Notes: generated by a model not told the origin, from the sequence alone. A stretch of DNA of 34,552 nt from Catajapyx aquilonaris (GCA_000934665.2 JYFJ02004148.1:1-34552); one strand, 5' to 3'. Shown: positions 11,583 through 22,439, counted from the stretch's first letter. A program made the numbers and translations.

Positions 11583-11743
11583 TGATAAGATGAGAAGGTA
11601 GTAAAAGAGTGTCCGTGGGCTGATCCGAACAGAGTCTGCCCAGGGGGTGTTCGGATAACTGATTGTTCAGATAACTGATCAGTTACGGAAAAAAATTGTA
11701 CCGGTGTCATAGGAGCCATATGAAACTAAGAAACAATGATATT

Positions 11744-11890
11744 TCCTCCCCGAAGTGTTCCCTCCCCAAAAATCCCTATCCTTACCCCATGTCCTTTCAT
11801 CCTTGCACCGGAGTTAGAAGAAAAACAGAAAATTGAAGAAAAAATGGTGGTATTCCACTATCACGGGGTATATATAAAAAATTAATAAAA
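11744..11890 (+). mobile_element. 5'-truncated SINE (same family as 16449-16801)
   Basis: Matches the reverse complement of 16505-16610; A-rich tail; 16-bp TSD AAGAAACA(A/G)TGATATT at 11728 and 11891. Confidence 0.75.
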
Positions 11891-12334
11891 AAGAAACAGT
11901 GATATTAACCACAAAACTGTATATTTTCTGTCACAGGCACGTCTTAAAAATACTGTGCATATACCTTACTGTCCTTACATGAAGTAGTCCTACAGTTGGG
12001 GGGGGGGGNGAGGCCAATTTTTGCCGACCCAAAAACGTTCAGTTGATCGGTGTTCGGATAATCGATGCTCCACTGTACTTGGTTTTGTGGGACTTTTTAT
12101 TGTAGGAAATTTTGCTCAAAGCTGTTATTTTTTGTAGCTTGTGCCCCAATCCAGATTGCCTATTCTATTGAAACTGCTATATTCAACCACCTGGGAGTAA
12201 TGGGGCACCTGGATCATGGGTCCTGAACGCCACTTTACCAGCATATCACTCCATGCGGGATAATCCAATAAGTACCTTTTCTCTATCTAATATTTTTTCT
12301 CTTTCTCTATCTAGTTTAGTAGATAATGTAAATA

Positions 12335-13030
12335 CGAGGGCCGTTCCAAAATGATTTACAATTATTTTTTTGCCACAGACACAGTGCCCATGCAGGTCGC
12401 AAAATGGGCACACATTAGATAGAATCCTCCTGGAGCCGAACACACTAGCACTGGCACTGGTAAACCTCTCCAGGCCCTCCAGGAACCACTTTTTGGTGGT
12501 GCGGCGCATCGCCTCCTAGACAACTCTTCACAGTCAACAATGTCCTCGAAATGGCATCGGCGAAGGGACTTTTTAAATATATTCGTACAGATGAAAGTCA
12601 CTGGAGTGGAGGCAGGGGGGCATGTTGGTCTAATGGCTATTCTACTGACCAGCCAAGCAGGAGGTTCGGGGATTCAAATCCCGTCCGCGTCAGGCAGTCA
12701 CCTTCGCTTGGTTGGGTCTTTTTCTGCTTTTCACCCAACATGTCCGGGCAGAATTGCACTCACTCCTCTGCCAAAGACCAAGAGAAAAGGTCTGGTATAT
12801 TTAAGATGGTTAGAAATGACTACTTCAGAGCGCCCTCCCTTGGGAACCTCCCCCTCCCCCCAAGAGGGCCCCTGGCCCTATCACGGGGTATTACGAACTA
12901 ACTAACTAACTAACAAAGTCACTGGAGGCCAGGCCAGGGGAGTATGGTGGCTGTGGAAGCACTCAAAGCAAGATCCTTGGCAAGATCCATGAAAAAATCC
13001 CTTCGCCGACGCCACTTTAAGGACATTGTT
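12335..13030 (-). mobile_element. Mariner (DD34D-type) transposon 3' remnant interrupted by a SINE
   Basis: TA-CGAGGGCCGTTCCAAAATG TIR. With the SINE removed, the minus strand reads PQPPYSPGLASSDFHL, then in shifted frames KKSLRRCHFED and WFLEGLERF (cf. the YSPDLAPSD motif). Confidence 0.8.
12607..12914 (+). mobile_element. tRNA-derived SINE
   Basis: A box TGGTCTAATGG, B box GATTCAAATCC, 3' GGCCCCTGGCCCTATCACGGG, (AACT)n tail, perfect 13-bp TSD AAAGTCACTGGAG (12594 and 12915). Confidence 0.9.
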
Positions 13031-13934
13031 GGTAGTCACGGTCTTCCCTTGTAAGGGACACTGAAGTGCGATGTTGGTAGATAAACACTATGGTGAATAG
13101 GTGTGCAGAGGATGGATCCATATTATTTGGTGCAATACCTACATCAGGAAATTCAAATTTCAGTTCAAAACCTACACTTCGCAACAAGAAAAGCCAAAGT
13201 AGGCTATCTTCAAATCTTCATCAGGCTCTATGTCAAAAGGTAAAGGAGCCTGAATTTGTTGAATTCTGCCAATCATGACAGGTACCTAAACTTTTGATTA
13301 TGGCATGATCAAAATAACAATTTTTCTTCTACATAATGCGTAACTAAAAAAGTGGCATTTTTTCGGAATGAGGTTCGGCGAAGATAGCAGCTTTTGGCTG
13401 CCCATTCCTCATTTGTGCTTGTGAATGTTCTACACGTCTCCCATCTCCATGGATACACAAAGTTCAGACCTGGAGATCTACTTCTGCTGACAACTGTACC
13501 TGGTATTCATGGCATGGCAACTCTGCTTGATTGACCACTCATGGGATGAGTCTGATATACCTCATTTGGGTGAGTGTGGAGGGGTGGGATGAAGAGAAGA
13601 CTGTTGGCCTGGACTGCCTCAGATTTTTGGCTGTAATCTGCCATCCTAACAAAAGCAGCTGCATCAGCATCTGCATCTTTAAATGAGGATATTTGGATGT
13701 TTGTTTGCTATAGAAATGCAGAGGAATGCCCATACACTGCCGTAGACTAGCAAGCCGGGTGTTACTTTTTTCAAGTAATTTGATGCCGCATGTTTCAGCT
13801 TCCGAAAATGAGCCTATCTCGCACAACACCCTATACCTCCTCTCGTTGCCCCATTATCCGTCAACAATATCAAAAGACCCTGTTTACTATGTCCCTTTTA
13901 CTGAATAACTCTAAAAACCAGGCTTTACTTAATA

Positions 13935-14536
13935 CAGGAAAATCTCGTTTTAGCGAATACCAATACAACGAAATTTCAATAGAACGCAATAAAAATAAAA
14001 TTTTGGTTGGCCAGCCGTAAGAGCAATGTATTTGTAATCCCATTATTACGAAATGCGTTACTACGAAATTTTCAATACAACGAATACGAAAGGTGGTTCC
14101 CCGCCTAGCATTGACCCCCGATATAACGAAATATGCACTAGTGCAATGCTCCGCCACATGTGCTCCAGCACTGTCTAGCGATAAGCGAGTGTGTGGTCAT
14201 GCGTAACACCGTCAACAATCGTGAAATGTTGGGGTAGAAGTTGCATTAAGGGGTCGGCAGTGTCTGTTTTGGGGAGTGACCAGGACGGTGAAGACTCAGA
14301 TGACCCTCACAACCTGTCTGTGTGGAGGTCCGATGCTGAAAACACCAGCGTGCCGGAAGAAGTTACCATTCACGATTTTGTAGCCGCAGATGACGATGTA
14401 CAGGTGTGCCAGGAGTTGACAGATTCTGTCATATTTGCGGGGGAAATAAAAATACCCAATCTCGATTTAACGAAATTCCGTTATTACGAAAAGATTTCCC
14501 CGGTCCCGCGGGCTTCGTTGTAACGAGATTTTACTG
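13935..14536 (+). mobile_element. Internally deleted Tigger/pogo transposon
   Basis: TA-CAGGAAAATCTCGTT ... AACGAGATTTTACTG-TA. Transposase C-terminal remnant WSCVTPSTIVKCW...DFVAADDDVQVCQELTD. Confidence 0.85.
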
Positions 14537-14823
14537 TATTGCCAAAAAAAATTAAATAGAAGTTACTTATGGTTCCTCGTATCCCACAATGATTTCACAT
14601 GCAAAAAGATTCATAAATTGCGAATTCAAATGTTGATTTTCATAAGACCAGAATAGAGAGGTCAGAGCTGAGTTTCACTTTTCCAATGTACTGTAGGAAT
14701 GTTAGGTTGTTATTTTTTTTTTTTTCAAACTTTGGTAGCTTGTGACCAATTTTTCAAGATATTAATTGTTCATTACAACTGGAAGTAATGACAGTTATAC
14801 AACAAAAATCATATCCTCCAATT

Positions 14824-16152
14824 GAACCTCGGAATCGGAAAACAGGCTAAGTGCACTTCAAAATGACTCGGCACTTATGCACTTGTTGCTCTGAGCCTCG
14901 CTGTACGCCAAACGGAGCATCGCAGGCGCACCAAACTCGGGTGGTAGGTGCGCCTGGCGAATCCATGACGATACAAGGTGTCAGGAATCCGATACGAGTA
15001 ACGAGTGACGAATGGGAGCGGTGTCTTTGACCCCCCACCCTCAGGACACACCTGTAAAGTTAACCTGTTTTCCGACTCCCATGCGAGTTCGAGGCCACGT
15101 TGACCCCTCTGCAGGTCACAGTGATTGTCGCACCTGGGTAAAAAAAATTGGTATTTTTCTTGCGGCGAATGCGTACCTATCCCCGGTATCACGATACTGA
15201 TAGGACAAACGAGTCAAATGCGGCACTGGTTTTTTTTACCCCCATCCCTTTTTTATTTCCGATTCCAATGCCTTCTTTTTAGTGTAGATACATTTTAAAA
15301 CAGATAAAGGAATATGGTCAATAAAAGTAACTGGAAACATCAATATATGTCGTGTGGAACTGCTTTTTATACCAAAGCCGCATCAGATATCACATAATTG
15401 CGTAGGATACAATGTACAACATATGCTGCTGCAAGTTGCTAATGGTGTCGCCAACCGGTTGTGTATAGTACATAGGCGTGCATGTTGTGTACACATACCT
15501 ACACCAAGTATAATCTACTGCACTATAGGCGACCTCCCAGGAGGGGGATCAGATAAACCAGTGCCGCATTTGACTCGTCTGTGCTGTCGGTTTCGTGACA
15601 CCAGGGATAAGTTCGAATTCGCCGCTAGAAAAACGCTATTTTGGTTTGGTTCAGGTGCGACAATCACTGTGACCTGCAGAGGGGTCAACGTGGCCTCGAA
15701 CTCGCATTGGAATCGGAAATAAAAAAGGGATGGGGGTAAGAAAAACCAGTGCCACATTTGACTCGTTTGTCCTATCGGTATCGTGATACCGGGGATAGGT
15801 ACGTATTCGCCGCAAGAAAAATACCAATTTTTTTTCATCCAGGTGCGACAATCACTGTGACCTGCAGAGGGGTCAACGTGGCCTCGAACTCGCATGGGAG
15901 TCGGAAAACAGGTTAACTTTACGGGGGTGTCCAGAGGGTGGGGAGTCAAAGACACCGCTCCCATTCGTCACTCGTTACTCGTATCGGATTCCTGACACCT
16001 TGTATCGTCATGGATTCGCCAGGCTCACCTACCACCCGAGTTTGGTGCCCCTGCGACGCTCCGTTTGGCGTACAGCGAGGCTCAGAGCAACAAGTGCATA
16101 AGTGCCCAGTCATTTTGAAGTCCACTTAGCCTGTTTTCCGATTCCGAGGTTC
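14824..16152. mobile_element. Long-TIR foldback element (Sola-like, apparent AATT TSD)
   Basis: AATT-GAACCTCGGAATCGGAAAACAGGCTAAGTG ... CACTTAGCCTGTTTTCCGATTCCGAGGTTC-AATT. Arms of about 450 bp are highly similar; an internal subunit is repeated at 15652-15720 and 15840-15908. Confidence 0.85.
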
Positions 16153-16448
16153 AATTGAACTTTTGCACCTAGTAACCAGTGTTGCACATTCATTTATTTC
16201 ATTAAATGCCTGTTTTAGTAGGCAATATGCAACTCTAAAAATGGATCATCATCTACAATTGCTTGAAAAACAAACATTATCTACCAATTATTGTAGATTT
16301 GCAGATTTAAAAATGGAAAACATTGCAACATTCCGAATTTCAAATGGTAATTTTTGCAATACCAGGATAGGACAAAACTGAGTTTCACTTCTTCAGCTTC
16401 CATTATTATGAACAATTCCACTGACAGGTCAACATAATTAGCATTTCA

Positions 16449-16801
16449 ATTATTATTATTATAATTACCTTACCCGTGATAGGGCCAGGGGCCCTTATAG
16501 GGGGGGTGGAATACCACCATTTTACCTCCAATTATCTGAATCTTCTTCTAAGTCCGGTGTAAGGATGAAAGGACATGGGGTATGGATGGGGATTTTTTGG
16601 GGAGGGAACATGGGTGCAAGTGAAATGTCTGATATGGGGGTCATGTGCAGTCCCCCAGGAGGTTAGGTTGCCAGACACCTCCAAGGTGCAGGTCAGAGAC
16701 CCTCCTGACACAGGTGAAAGGGAACTCCCAGGCCGGGATCGAACCTGGGACCTTTCACTCAGCAAGCCGAGACGTTACCATCTCGGCCACCACACCTCCC
16801 C
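16449..16801 (-). mobile_element. tRNA-derived SINE
   Basis: Minus strand: A box TGGCCGAGATGG, B box GGTTCGATCCC, 3' GGCCCCTGGCCCTATCACGGG, (AAT)n tail. Confidence 0.85.
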
Positions 16802-16847
16802 ATAATTCTCACATATTAATCATAAACCAGCAGGCTTCCAATAATAA

Positions 16848-16921
16848 ACACCACCACCACCACCACCACCATGACATTTCCCTATATAAGGGGTAGTCAA
16901 TGATGAAGGGAGATGCAAGTT
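16848..16921 (-). mobile_element. RTE LINE extreme 3' fragment
   Basis: (CAC)n-CATGACATTTCCCTATATAAGGGGTAGTCAATGATGAAGGGAGATGCAAG matches the 24465-24520 family. Confidence 0.65.
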
Positions 16922-16929
16922 ACACTTCC

Positions 16930-17000
<71 letters not shown>
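16930..17000. repeat. (AAT)n microsatellite
   Basis: More than 20 perfect AAT units. Confidence 0.95.
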
Positions 17001-17002
<2 letters not shown>

Positions 17003-17313
17003 TGTGGGTAGTGCTTTCACCCTTGTGGTGTATTGCATTAACCTTTATTTATTATAGTTACACGTATACAACACATTGAAATTAGGAAGAGGTTCAGGTA
17101 GCTTTAGAGTCATTCTAACACTTTGAAAATACAGACCTTCTCTTAGCCCTATGCAAGAAGGGAGTGCAATTCTGCCCTGACATGTTGGTAGAAAAGCAGA
17201 AATAGACTCAATCAAGTGAAGGTGAACCCTGGCCCTCCCGTGTGGCTGGCCGGTGGCATAACCACTAAATCACCATGCACCCCTCTCCATGAACGTAATG
17301 TTAGCAGCAAATA

Positions 17314-18030
17314 TGAGGGCTATTCAATTGAAAATGAGCCAGTGTCGTAGCAAATGGTCAAATGGGTTTTTCATGGCAGTTTCTACATAAAACAAAGGTG
17401 CTGCTGCTGTAGTATTATGATGTACTGACATGTGGTGATTCGATGATGTGACACAGTGGCAGTGAGTCTTTGTTCAGGCCCAAAATGCCAAAAGACCATC
17501 CAGTCAGATATGGAAGCAAGAACTTTGAGCAACACGTGGCCATCCGTTTTTGAACAGCAGAAGATGTTAGGAGTACAGAAACCTTATGAGTTCCATGTAG
17601 GAAAACTGTATGTCTGTCACATGTTAAGGCCCGGAGTAAGTGGTTCTGAAAGGGGTGGTCATTGTTGACTGGTCATTCCAGGCCAGGGCAAGCAAACCAC
17701 GTACTCCAGGCTTTAATAACAGGTGACAAAGAGATGCAGTTTTATTACATGGCACTCATACAGCGAAGAATTTCTGTATTCCTGACACATTCAGCAGTTC
17801 AAAAATTGTTTACTGCTTGCTGCTCAACATTCATTGCTTCCATATCTGACTGGACTGTCTTTTTGATGGGGGTTCCTGAACAGAGGCACACTGCCACTGT
17901 GTCACATCACTGAATCATCACCTATCATAACACTCCAGCAGTACCACCTTTGTTTTGTGTAGAAGATGCCATGAGGCACCCATTCTGCAATTTGCTATGA
18001 CATTGGCTCATTTCAATTGAGTGACCCTCT
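17314..18030 (+). mobile_element. Decayed mariner-type element
   Basis: TA-TGAGGGCTATTCAATTGAAAATGAGCCAGTGTCGTAGCAAAT ... ATTTGCTATGACATTGGCTCATTTCAATTGAGTGACCCTCT-TA; remnant SRPGQANHV linker. Confidence 0.75.
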
Positions 18031-18297
18031 TATAATAATAGACCACAACACAATCAAAAGTAACTGCTTAAAAATAAGAAGTTTAGAGCAAAAAAAAAAA
18101 AATCTATCTAAAGTTGACATCTCAGCAATTGAATCACCATAAGTTTAATCACCCTGGCATACATTCCTGTCTTTGTGTGATCCCTAATAACTTGTGCAAG
18201 ACTGAGAATGGATACTCTAAAATGTAAAAGCCTATTCACAGCCACTTCTTTTTCTCATGGGCACTTTCTTTTTTCATTCATTTATTACAGCATGGTT

Positions 18298-18350
18298 CAC
18301 CATGACATTTCCCTACAAAGGGTAGTCAGCGCTGACAAAGAAACGACAAG
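18298..18350 (-). mobile_element. RTE LINE extreme 3' fragment
   Basis: CACCATGACATTTCCCTACAAAGGGTAGTCAGCGCTGAC matches the family 3' end. Confidence 0.55.
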
Positions 18351-20745
18351 TAATAACTTGCGGTACGCCTTGCCATCTCACATGTCCAAAACTAAGATAT
18401 TTCTGCAGCACTGGTCGATGCACACAGAGGGGATGATGTTGTAACCAACAGCTGACACCAGGCAATTGATGACATGGCGGGAACTCACAGACAGCAGAAG
18501 TATTTAAAAAAAGGAGGTTACCAGCTCACATGTGGTCAATGACATGGATGGAACCATGGATGAGATATATGGATGCAAAAGTTTGAATTGTTCCCATAAG
18601 CACTAGTGCACGTAAAGCTTGAAGGCCCTCTGGTGAGTGGATGATTTCTTATCTATGGGATCAAAAACCATGCTAATTCTGCACTGACAGTTTGCAAGAA
18701 TGTACTAATTGAAAATGAAATTTGTAATACATTAGTAACACTTATAACTTAATTAATAACAAATTATATCCAGTAGCTAGTAAATATGCTGCTTTCCAGC
18801 CAGCTCACACTGAACCTTCAAGATGCATATCCATAGATATCTTTTTTAATCCAGGTTGAAACTTTCATCTAAACTACACACTGGATTGTGCATATGTGGC
18901 ATCTTCCTGTGCATTCAGCAGCCATGTTTTTTTTATCTTTTTTATTTTTCTCTACTTCTATTTGCATTTATTTTTTGCTCATATTGCTGTGTTAACTGCA
19001 GCAATATGAAAAAAAGGACAACAGGTGACTGATTGTTTCAAAACATTATAAAAATAACAATATGGTAATGGTTGGCACCAGTTGTTCACGCATGAGTGCC
19101 GAGACTTAAGTCACACCGTATTTTTAAAATATCTGCTATTTCTACAGTTGGATCTGCCCTAAGTAAATGGCCCTTGAGACAAATCTGGTGTCCCAACATG
19201 ACACTCCAAGGAAGCATCAATTGTGACAATACACAATCAAGTGTTTAGTACAGACCAGTGCATGGAACTCACAGGCAACAGATGTCAACATGCAGTTGCC
19301 AACACATGGCTGGCACATGTAGTGAACAGACCATTCAGTCCACAACAGTCTTGGTCTCCACAAGTGGTCCCAGGTGACATGTTGATGCAGACAAGCTCAC
19401 TGCAAACAGGTAGCATAGCCAATAGCCAAAGTGTTATGCTCACCAAGGCAGTTGCCACAAGAGCTCCGTTGCCAATGATGGCTGAACCAAATTGAACAAA
19501 AATGCCAATTTTTCAAAGTTGAAAAAATTGAAAATATCCACTGAATGCTAATGTCCAGTCTCAGAATCGAGGCACAATGAAGGCCACGATGCCACGGCTC
19601 TCTGGTCCACCACAACAAGAGCCCCACGGAGGGAGGGATAAGATCTTCTTAGGATCTCAAAAAGACCCACCCAAACTTGCTGAAGGCCATTAATTGTTAT
19701 TTCACCTACTTTTACTCGTACACACAATTGCTGAAAATCCATGTATTTTTCAAGGAAAATCACTACTGTGATGCGTGATCCCAAGCCCAAAATGTGTCCG
19801 AAAGGCCATGACAGTGGCAGAAAATGGCAGTGTAGTTGATTTTCAAGACATTTTCTGCCCAGGTCTTTCCAATGCATTCTCATGAGTTGGCCATGTTTAA
19901 AATTGCTCTGTCTTGCTATGGAAATGTGACAGTAATGAAGCAATGGTTTATGATACATAGCGAGTAGGCTGGTGTAGCTAGCCTAACCTTACTTTCATTT
20001 ATGTTATCCCCCTTCCACAATAACCAGGCAGGATGGTGGCCAGCTTATAAGGGATTCTAGTATTGTACAATAGACATGCTTGGAATCATTCATCATGACT
20101 TCCCTGTCACCACCAGCACCTGTCCGATACTTTCAAGTATCTCGTTAGCACCCACTAAACATGGCTGAACATAACTGATACAGTAGTAAATGTAATAGTG
20201 ATGTCCATCTGGACCCCTTGTTTTCTGCCTCTGAACTGCCTTTCCAACACATCTTGAGCTTGGGACTGCCCAAAATGCTCAACATTTTCCAAATAAAAGA
20301 CAAGGATTTTCAGTTATCAATCTTATCATGTATAAATGTAAGTAGATATTAACCTTGCAGTTAAAACAGGGTTTTCCTAGCTTGCTTGAGAAAAAGATGA
20401 GGCTGTGTCAATAGGTTTTTAGGGAGGTCGCACTTTCATAAGCAGAGGTGCTACATGGAATACTATGCGGTGCCAAATTGAAGAAGGTGACGTTGCTGCA
20501 CCTACAATGCAACACAAGCACAATCTGAGGCCCTCAACCCCCACCTGGGTAAGTTACTTCAGATGAATAATGTGGCTCAAACTCAATGTGACATACACTC
20601 TAAACTACTTCGTCCTCCCATCCCTGTGGAACATCCCAACTGTAATACCCAAAATTAGTAAGCCACACTTTACAAAATATTCGCAATTAAAATCCGAGCT
20701 GTTGTTTCAAAACCTTTCTTGGGAAGGCGAGAGCCACATACTGAC

Positions 20746-21060
20746 CTTCCTCTTTCGCGCTTCTAGCGTGGTACTGGCGACAAAATAGGCGTGGATGAGT
20801 TTGTACGGCTGTGTGCCTTTGGCTGCCTTAAAATTGTGTAGATGTACACAGGCACCACTGTTCATTCTCGTACGAACCCCCAGGCCAGGCGCCGGCCCCA
20901 GCCCTACGATGCCTCCTCCTCCTCCTCCTCCTCCTCCCCCGCCGCCGACGCCCGCCGACGCGGCCGCCGCCAAAGGCCTGTCTCGCTCTCGGCCGCCGTC
21001 GTACCCGGTACCGCTCACCCTCTGGTAGAGCCCAGTATCGATTAAAGTCCCGCCGGTCAT
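20746..21060 (-). CDS. USP22: USP22/nonstop coding exon 1 (optional Gly-rich N-terminal extension plus start of ZnF-UBP region)
   Basis: ORF MTGG...poly-G...RM66NSGACVHLHNFKAAKGTQPYKLIHAYFVASTTLEARKRK resembles the USP22/Not N-terminus (C-x-H...EARKRK). Donor AAG|gtcagt at 20745, phase 0, joins in frame to exon 2 (AKSC). The true start may be ATG 20865 rather than 21060. Confidence 0.9.
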
Positions 21061-21240
21061 AGGCTCGGCTGCGCTTCAACCCGAAAAATATCGACACGGA
21101 CACGGGCAGAGACACCCTGGCGGAAGGGAGCCGCCATCTTGTCCCCTGGACCCCTACCCCTACCCCTACCACATTTCCTCTTTCCGGCCACAGGGCGCTG
21201 CGCTCATTCTCATTACACGCACAATGCGATCAGATGCGAT
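20750..21240. promoter_or_regulatory. CpG-rich promoter/first-exon region of USP22
   Basis: Visibly high GC and CpG content against CpG-poor flanks. Contains a YY1-type GCCGCCATCTT (21130-21140), a DRE-like TATCGATT (21036-21043) and a G4 motif (21143-21166). Confidence 0.65.
21057..21137 (-). promoter_or_regulatory. Candidate uORF (26 aa, MAAPFRQGVSARVRVDIFRVEAQPSL*) whose TGA overlaps the USP22 ATG1
   Basis: AAG-ATG-G at 21137 is open for 26 codons and ends at TGA 21059-21057, within ATGA at 21060-21057. The same bases form a YY1/Pho motif (AAGATGGCGGC). Confidence 0.55.
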
Positions 21241-21763
21241 CAGTACTGTAGTAACCGGTAGTAACTGTACCGCATGCTTTTGGCTGCCAAGAGCACTTAT
21301 TTCTTGCCTAATATTTATGGCTAACATGTGACCATGTGCCCACCTGTCATGTTGTCGGCCAATAGCATGGATCATGGCATATATCAAGAGTGATATATAT
21401 GGATGACTTGAAAATAATAAAATTAATGACACTAGCCATCACTGTCACCTCTTGCTGTCACTGATTACAGATATGCGCGCCGTGCTCATGCCCTCGTGAC
21501 ACGTGAAACATATCTGCAACGTATCTAGGAAAAATCTGTGATGTCACAAGAAACAAGCTGCAACCTCCCATAACAAATCTCAAGCATTCAAAGCCTGGGA
21601 AAATTGGACTATTTATTTTATATTATGTACTACTCTTGTATGGGGATTTGGGGGTGAAGATGGGCAGAATTGATGGGCTAAAAGTCTCACGAATAAAGAA
21701 TGTGATACTGCTGGACACGAGGGAGATTTTACTGAAAGTAACGAATCACAGCTAGAGATTATA

Positions 21764-22439
21764 CAGGGTGTCCCACAAATTAAGCTACTCAGAATTACTT
21801 CCATATAACATCAACACAAATGAAGATATTGCAACGAAATTTGAACTGAACTAACCTTGTCATGTGTGATTTGAAATGGCATCACAAGTTCACAACATGT
21901 GTTGGAAATGGCCACCATTAGCGGCCAGGCAGGTCTCAACACGGCCTGAAGACATATTTTGGAACTGCGGTACTGCCTGAATTTCCTGGACGATGTTGTC
22001 CTTCAAGGCCTGGATGGACCGTGGATTGTTGCGGTACACTCTTCCTTTCAGAAAGCCCCATAAGAAGTAATCAGGTGGCGTAAGCTTGGGCGACCGCGGT
22101 GGCCACAGTCCCTTCGAAATGACTCGGTCGCCGAAGAAGGACTTTATTTCGGCCATGCTGACATGTGATGTGTGGCATGTCGCCCCATCCTGTTGACAGG
22201 TTTGGGCCACGTTTGGATCAGGAAGGAAGGACATCCGCCGCGCGCCAATGCTCAGGTGTCGTCTGGCCGATTCGTCGCTCCAGCGTCAGTATTACAGCAC
22301 CCACATTTGACAGACCCATTCCAATTCCTTTCTCACGTGTTGAGGTTGCTTGAGTTCAAATTCCGTTGCAATATCTTCATTTGTGTTAGGCCCTACAGTT
22401 ATTAATGTAATTCTGGGTAGCGTAATTTGGGACACCATG
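21764..22439 (-). mobile_element. Internally deleted Tc1/mariner element (rosa/maT-like DDxD) upstream of USP22
   Basis: TA-CAGGGTGTCCCACAAATTA ... TAATTTGGGACACCATG-TA. ORF 21890-22234 reads QQDGATCH...WPPRSPKLTPPDYFLWGFLKGRVY...CLAANGGHFQHML. Confidence 0.9.

Larger units (their letters stand above)
11232..12075. mobile_element. Tigger/pogo-like MITE
   Basis: TA-CAGTGGAGCATCGATTATCC ... GGATAATCGATGCTCCACTG-TA; internal TTCGGATAA repeats. Confidence 0.85.
11101..12213. mobile_element. Foldback MITE (outer layer of a nest)
   Basis: TCCAGGTGCCTCATTACTCCCAGGTGGTTGAATATAGCAGTTTCAATA ... TATTGAAACTGCTATATTCAACCACCTGGGAGTAATGGGGCACCTGGA; arms about 120 bp. Confidence 0.75.

Noticed and set aside
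14847..16129. Mirror-image ORF pairs (e.g. MGAVSLTPHP..., MG.QRHRSHSS...)
   Set aside because: Artefacts of the long inverted repeats.
16720..16801. tRNA gene (also at 12615, 27490, 30450)
   Set aside because: A/B boxes are followed by a SINE body and simple-repeat tail, mostly with TSDs; these are SINE heads.
17200..17285. Degenerate tRNA-like SINE head on the minus strand
   Set aside because: The boxes are too decayed and no TSD was found.
19200..20330. Possible decayed L1/Tx1-like reverse transcriptase on the minus strand (FIWKMLSILG, RGRKQG, HILG)
   Set aside because: The motifs are too degenerate to support by eye; a frameshift-aware search is needed.
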